The position numbers were made by a program, and so were the translations under genes. A stretch of 64,000 nucleotides of DNA from Tubulanus polymorphus (taxonomy: Eukaryota; Animalia; Nemertea): the NCBI RefSeq assembly GCF_964204645.1, contig NC_134026.1, positions 20,122,150-20,186,149 on the forward strand, written 5' to 3'. Positions 62,996-64,000 of this stretch are shown here, in pieces (the first letter of the stretch is position 1; every line of letters starts with the position of its first letter). The notes under the pieces were generated by a model. The model was not told the DNA's origin and made no database searches. It saw only the letters and a list, made by a program, of their open reading frames with translations.

Positions 62996-63252
62996 TATAT
63001 AGCGCCACATTAGGACTTTTAGAGGGGGGGGGGTCGGAACCAATACAAGACCCCCGCTCTGGTGACGCCCGCGCTTCATCCAGCTGCCATACGGTATAAA
63101 CAATTGTATCACAATTTCCACTCAAGAAAACGCAATATATATCACATGATAATGATTCTATGGGCAGAGTAGGGTACCCAGCCGCTTACACATCCTAAAC
63201 AATCCGAAAACGTACGCGTAATTCAGCCCTTCAAAACAATTAATCGTGGATA

Positions 63253-63375
63253 ATGTAGAGAGAATCCCACAATAATAATGAAAAACAGTTGCGAAAATAT
63301 AAATGGAGCTAGTAAATCATTCAACGTTTCATTTTCGGATTGTTTTCATTATTATCATTGTGGGATTCTCTTCAT
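63253..63375. mobile_element. Internally deleted relative of family C
   Basis: Same termini GAGAATCCCACA / TGTGGGATTCTC; residual ATTCAACGTTTC. Confidence 0.6.
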
Positions 63376-64000
63376 TATCGTCTCAACACGGATATAGTGT
63401 TATATCAAATATGATACTTAATCGTGGAATTGCTTTAGATTAACTTTATCGACAAAATCTATATGAAAATATCTTAGTTCATTTGATAATGGTTTACACA
63501 TTTCATTTATCGATGTAGATATTATATTCAAGACTAGATACATTAGTTAATTTCTTATTCTTTCTAACAAAACTAATACAAATTTTGAGATAGATTTAAT
63601 CCTTTGATTGTAATTGTGGCCCAGACACGTGTGCTAGGGAAACAATCCCATTGCGCAGTCATGATTCAAGTCTGAAAGTGGCCTTAAATTTCAAGACTGG
63701 TCTTCAGTTGTTAGCTCGGTAATAGAACCAAGATGGTCTTAAATCTAAGAATTGACAGTGCAACTGGCCCCGGTAGCCTAATAGTATAAATAAGTTAATT
63801 GACTTAAGTGCTAATCATTGCGAATGAATTTTACTACAAGTTTCTGATTAAATTGTGATGAAAAATTCAATGATTCAAATCAATATAACACAGCTATTTC
63901 ATTTCACATATTATGCTATCTACTCGTGGTACACGTAATACGGTGTATATAAATTTCGATAATGGAAATTATGCTGGCAATAAAGTATCGGTAATGGAGA

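Larger units (their letters stand above)
62702..63073. mobile_element. MITE (CAGGGGCGTCACTAG TIR) hosting the family C palindrome
   Basis: CAGGGGCGTCACTAG... / ...CTGGTGACGCCCGCG, imperfect TIR. Confidence 0.55.

Overview
Animal genomic DNA, AT-rich and not CpG-depleted. It looks like a marine invertebrate, probably a lophotrochozoan, but that is an inference. There are two intact + strand genes. The first is a 12-exon FREM1-like basement-membrane gene (9276-23395; 7083-nt CDS, 2360 aa by my splice reconstruction, with every junction GT-AG and phase-compatible). It encodes a signal peptide, NV domain, 12 CSPG repeats, Calx-beta, an extremely Lys/Arg-rich linker and a C-type lectin domain. The second is an XK-related (Xkr) scramblase-family gene with an uninterrupted CDS (52937-55171), neutralised conserved acidic residues and a DxxD/G caspase-like site. 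Non-coding DNA holds many MITEs, a 1.75-kb ISL2EU-like non-autonomous transposon with ~500-bp TIRs nested in another repeat, decayed BTB/BACK/Kelch-like and GPCR pseudogene fragments, and a 529-bp (TA)n tract. The most unusual signal is three sequence-distinct families of short palindromic elements carrying minimal Penelope-type hammerhead ribozyme motifs (CUGANGA...GAAA-NN-UC with closing stems I and II). In one family the palindrome junction is shared between copies, suggesting the hairpin unit itself is mobile. All calls were made by eye; no searches were run.
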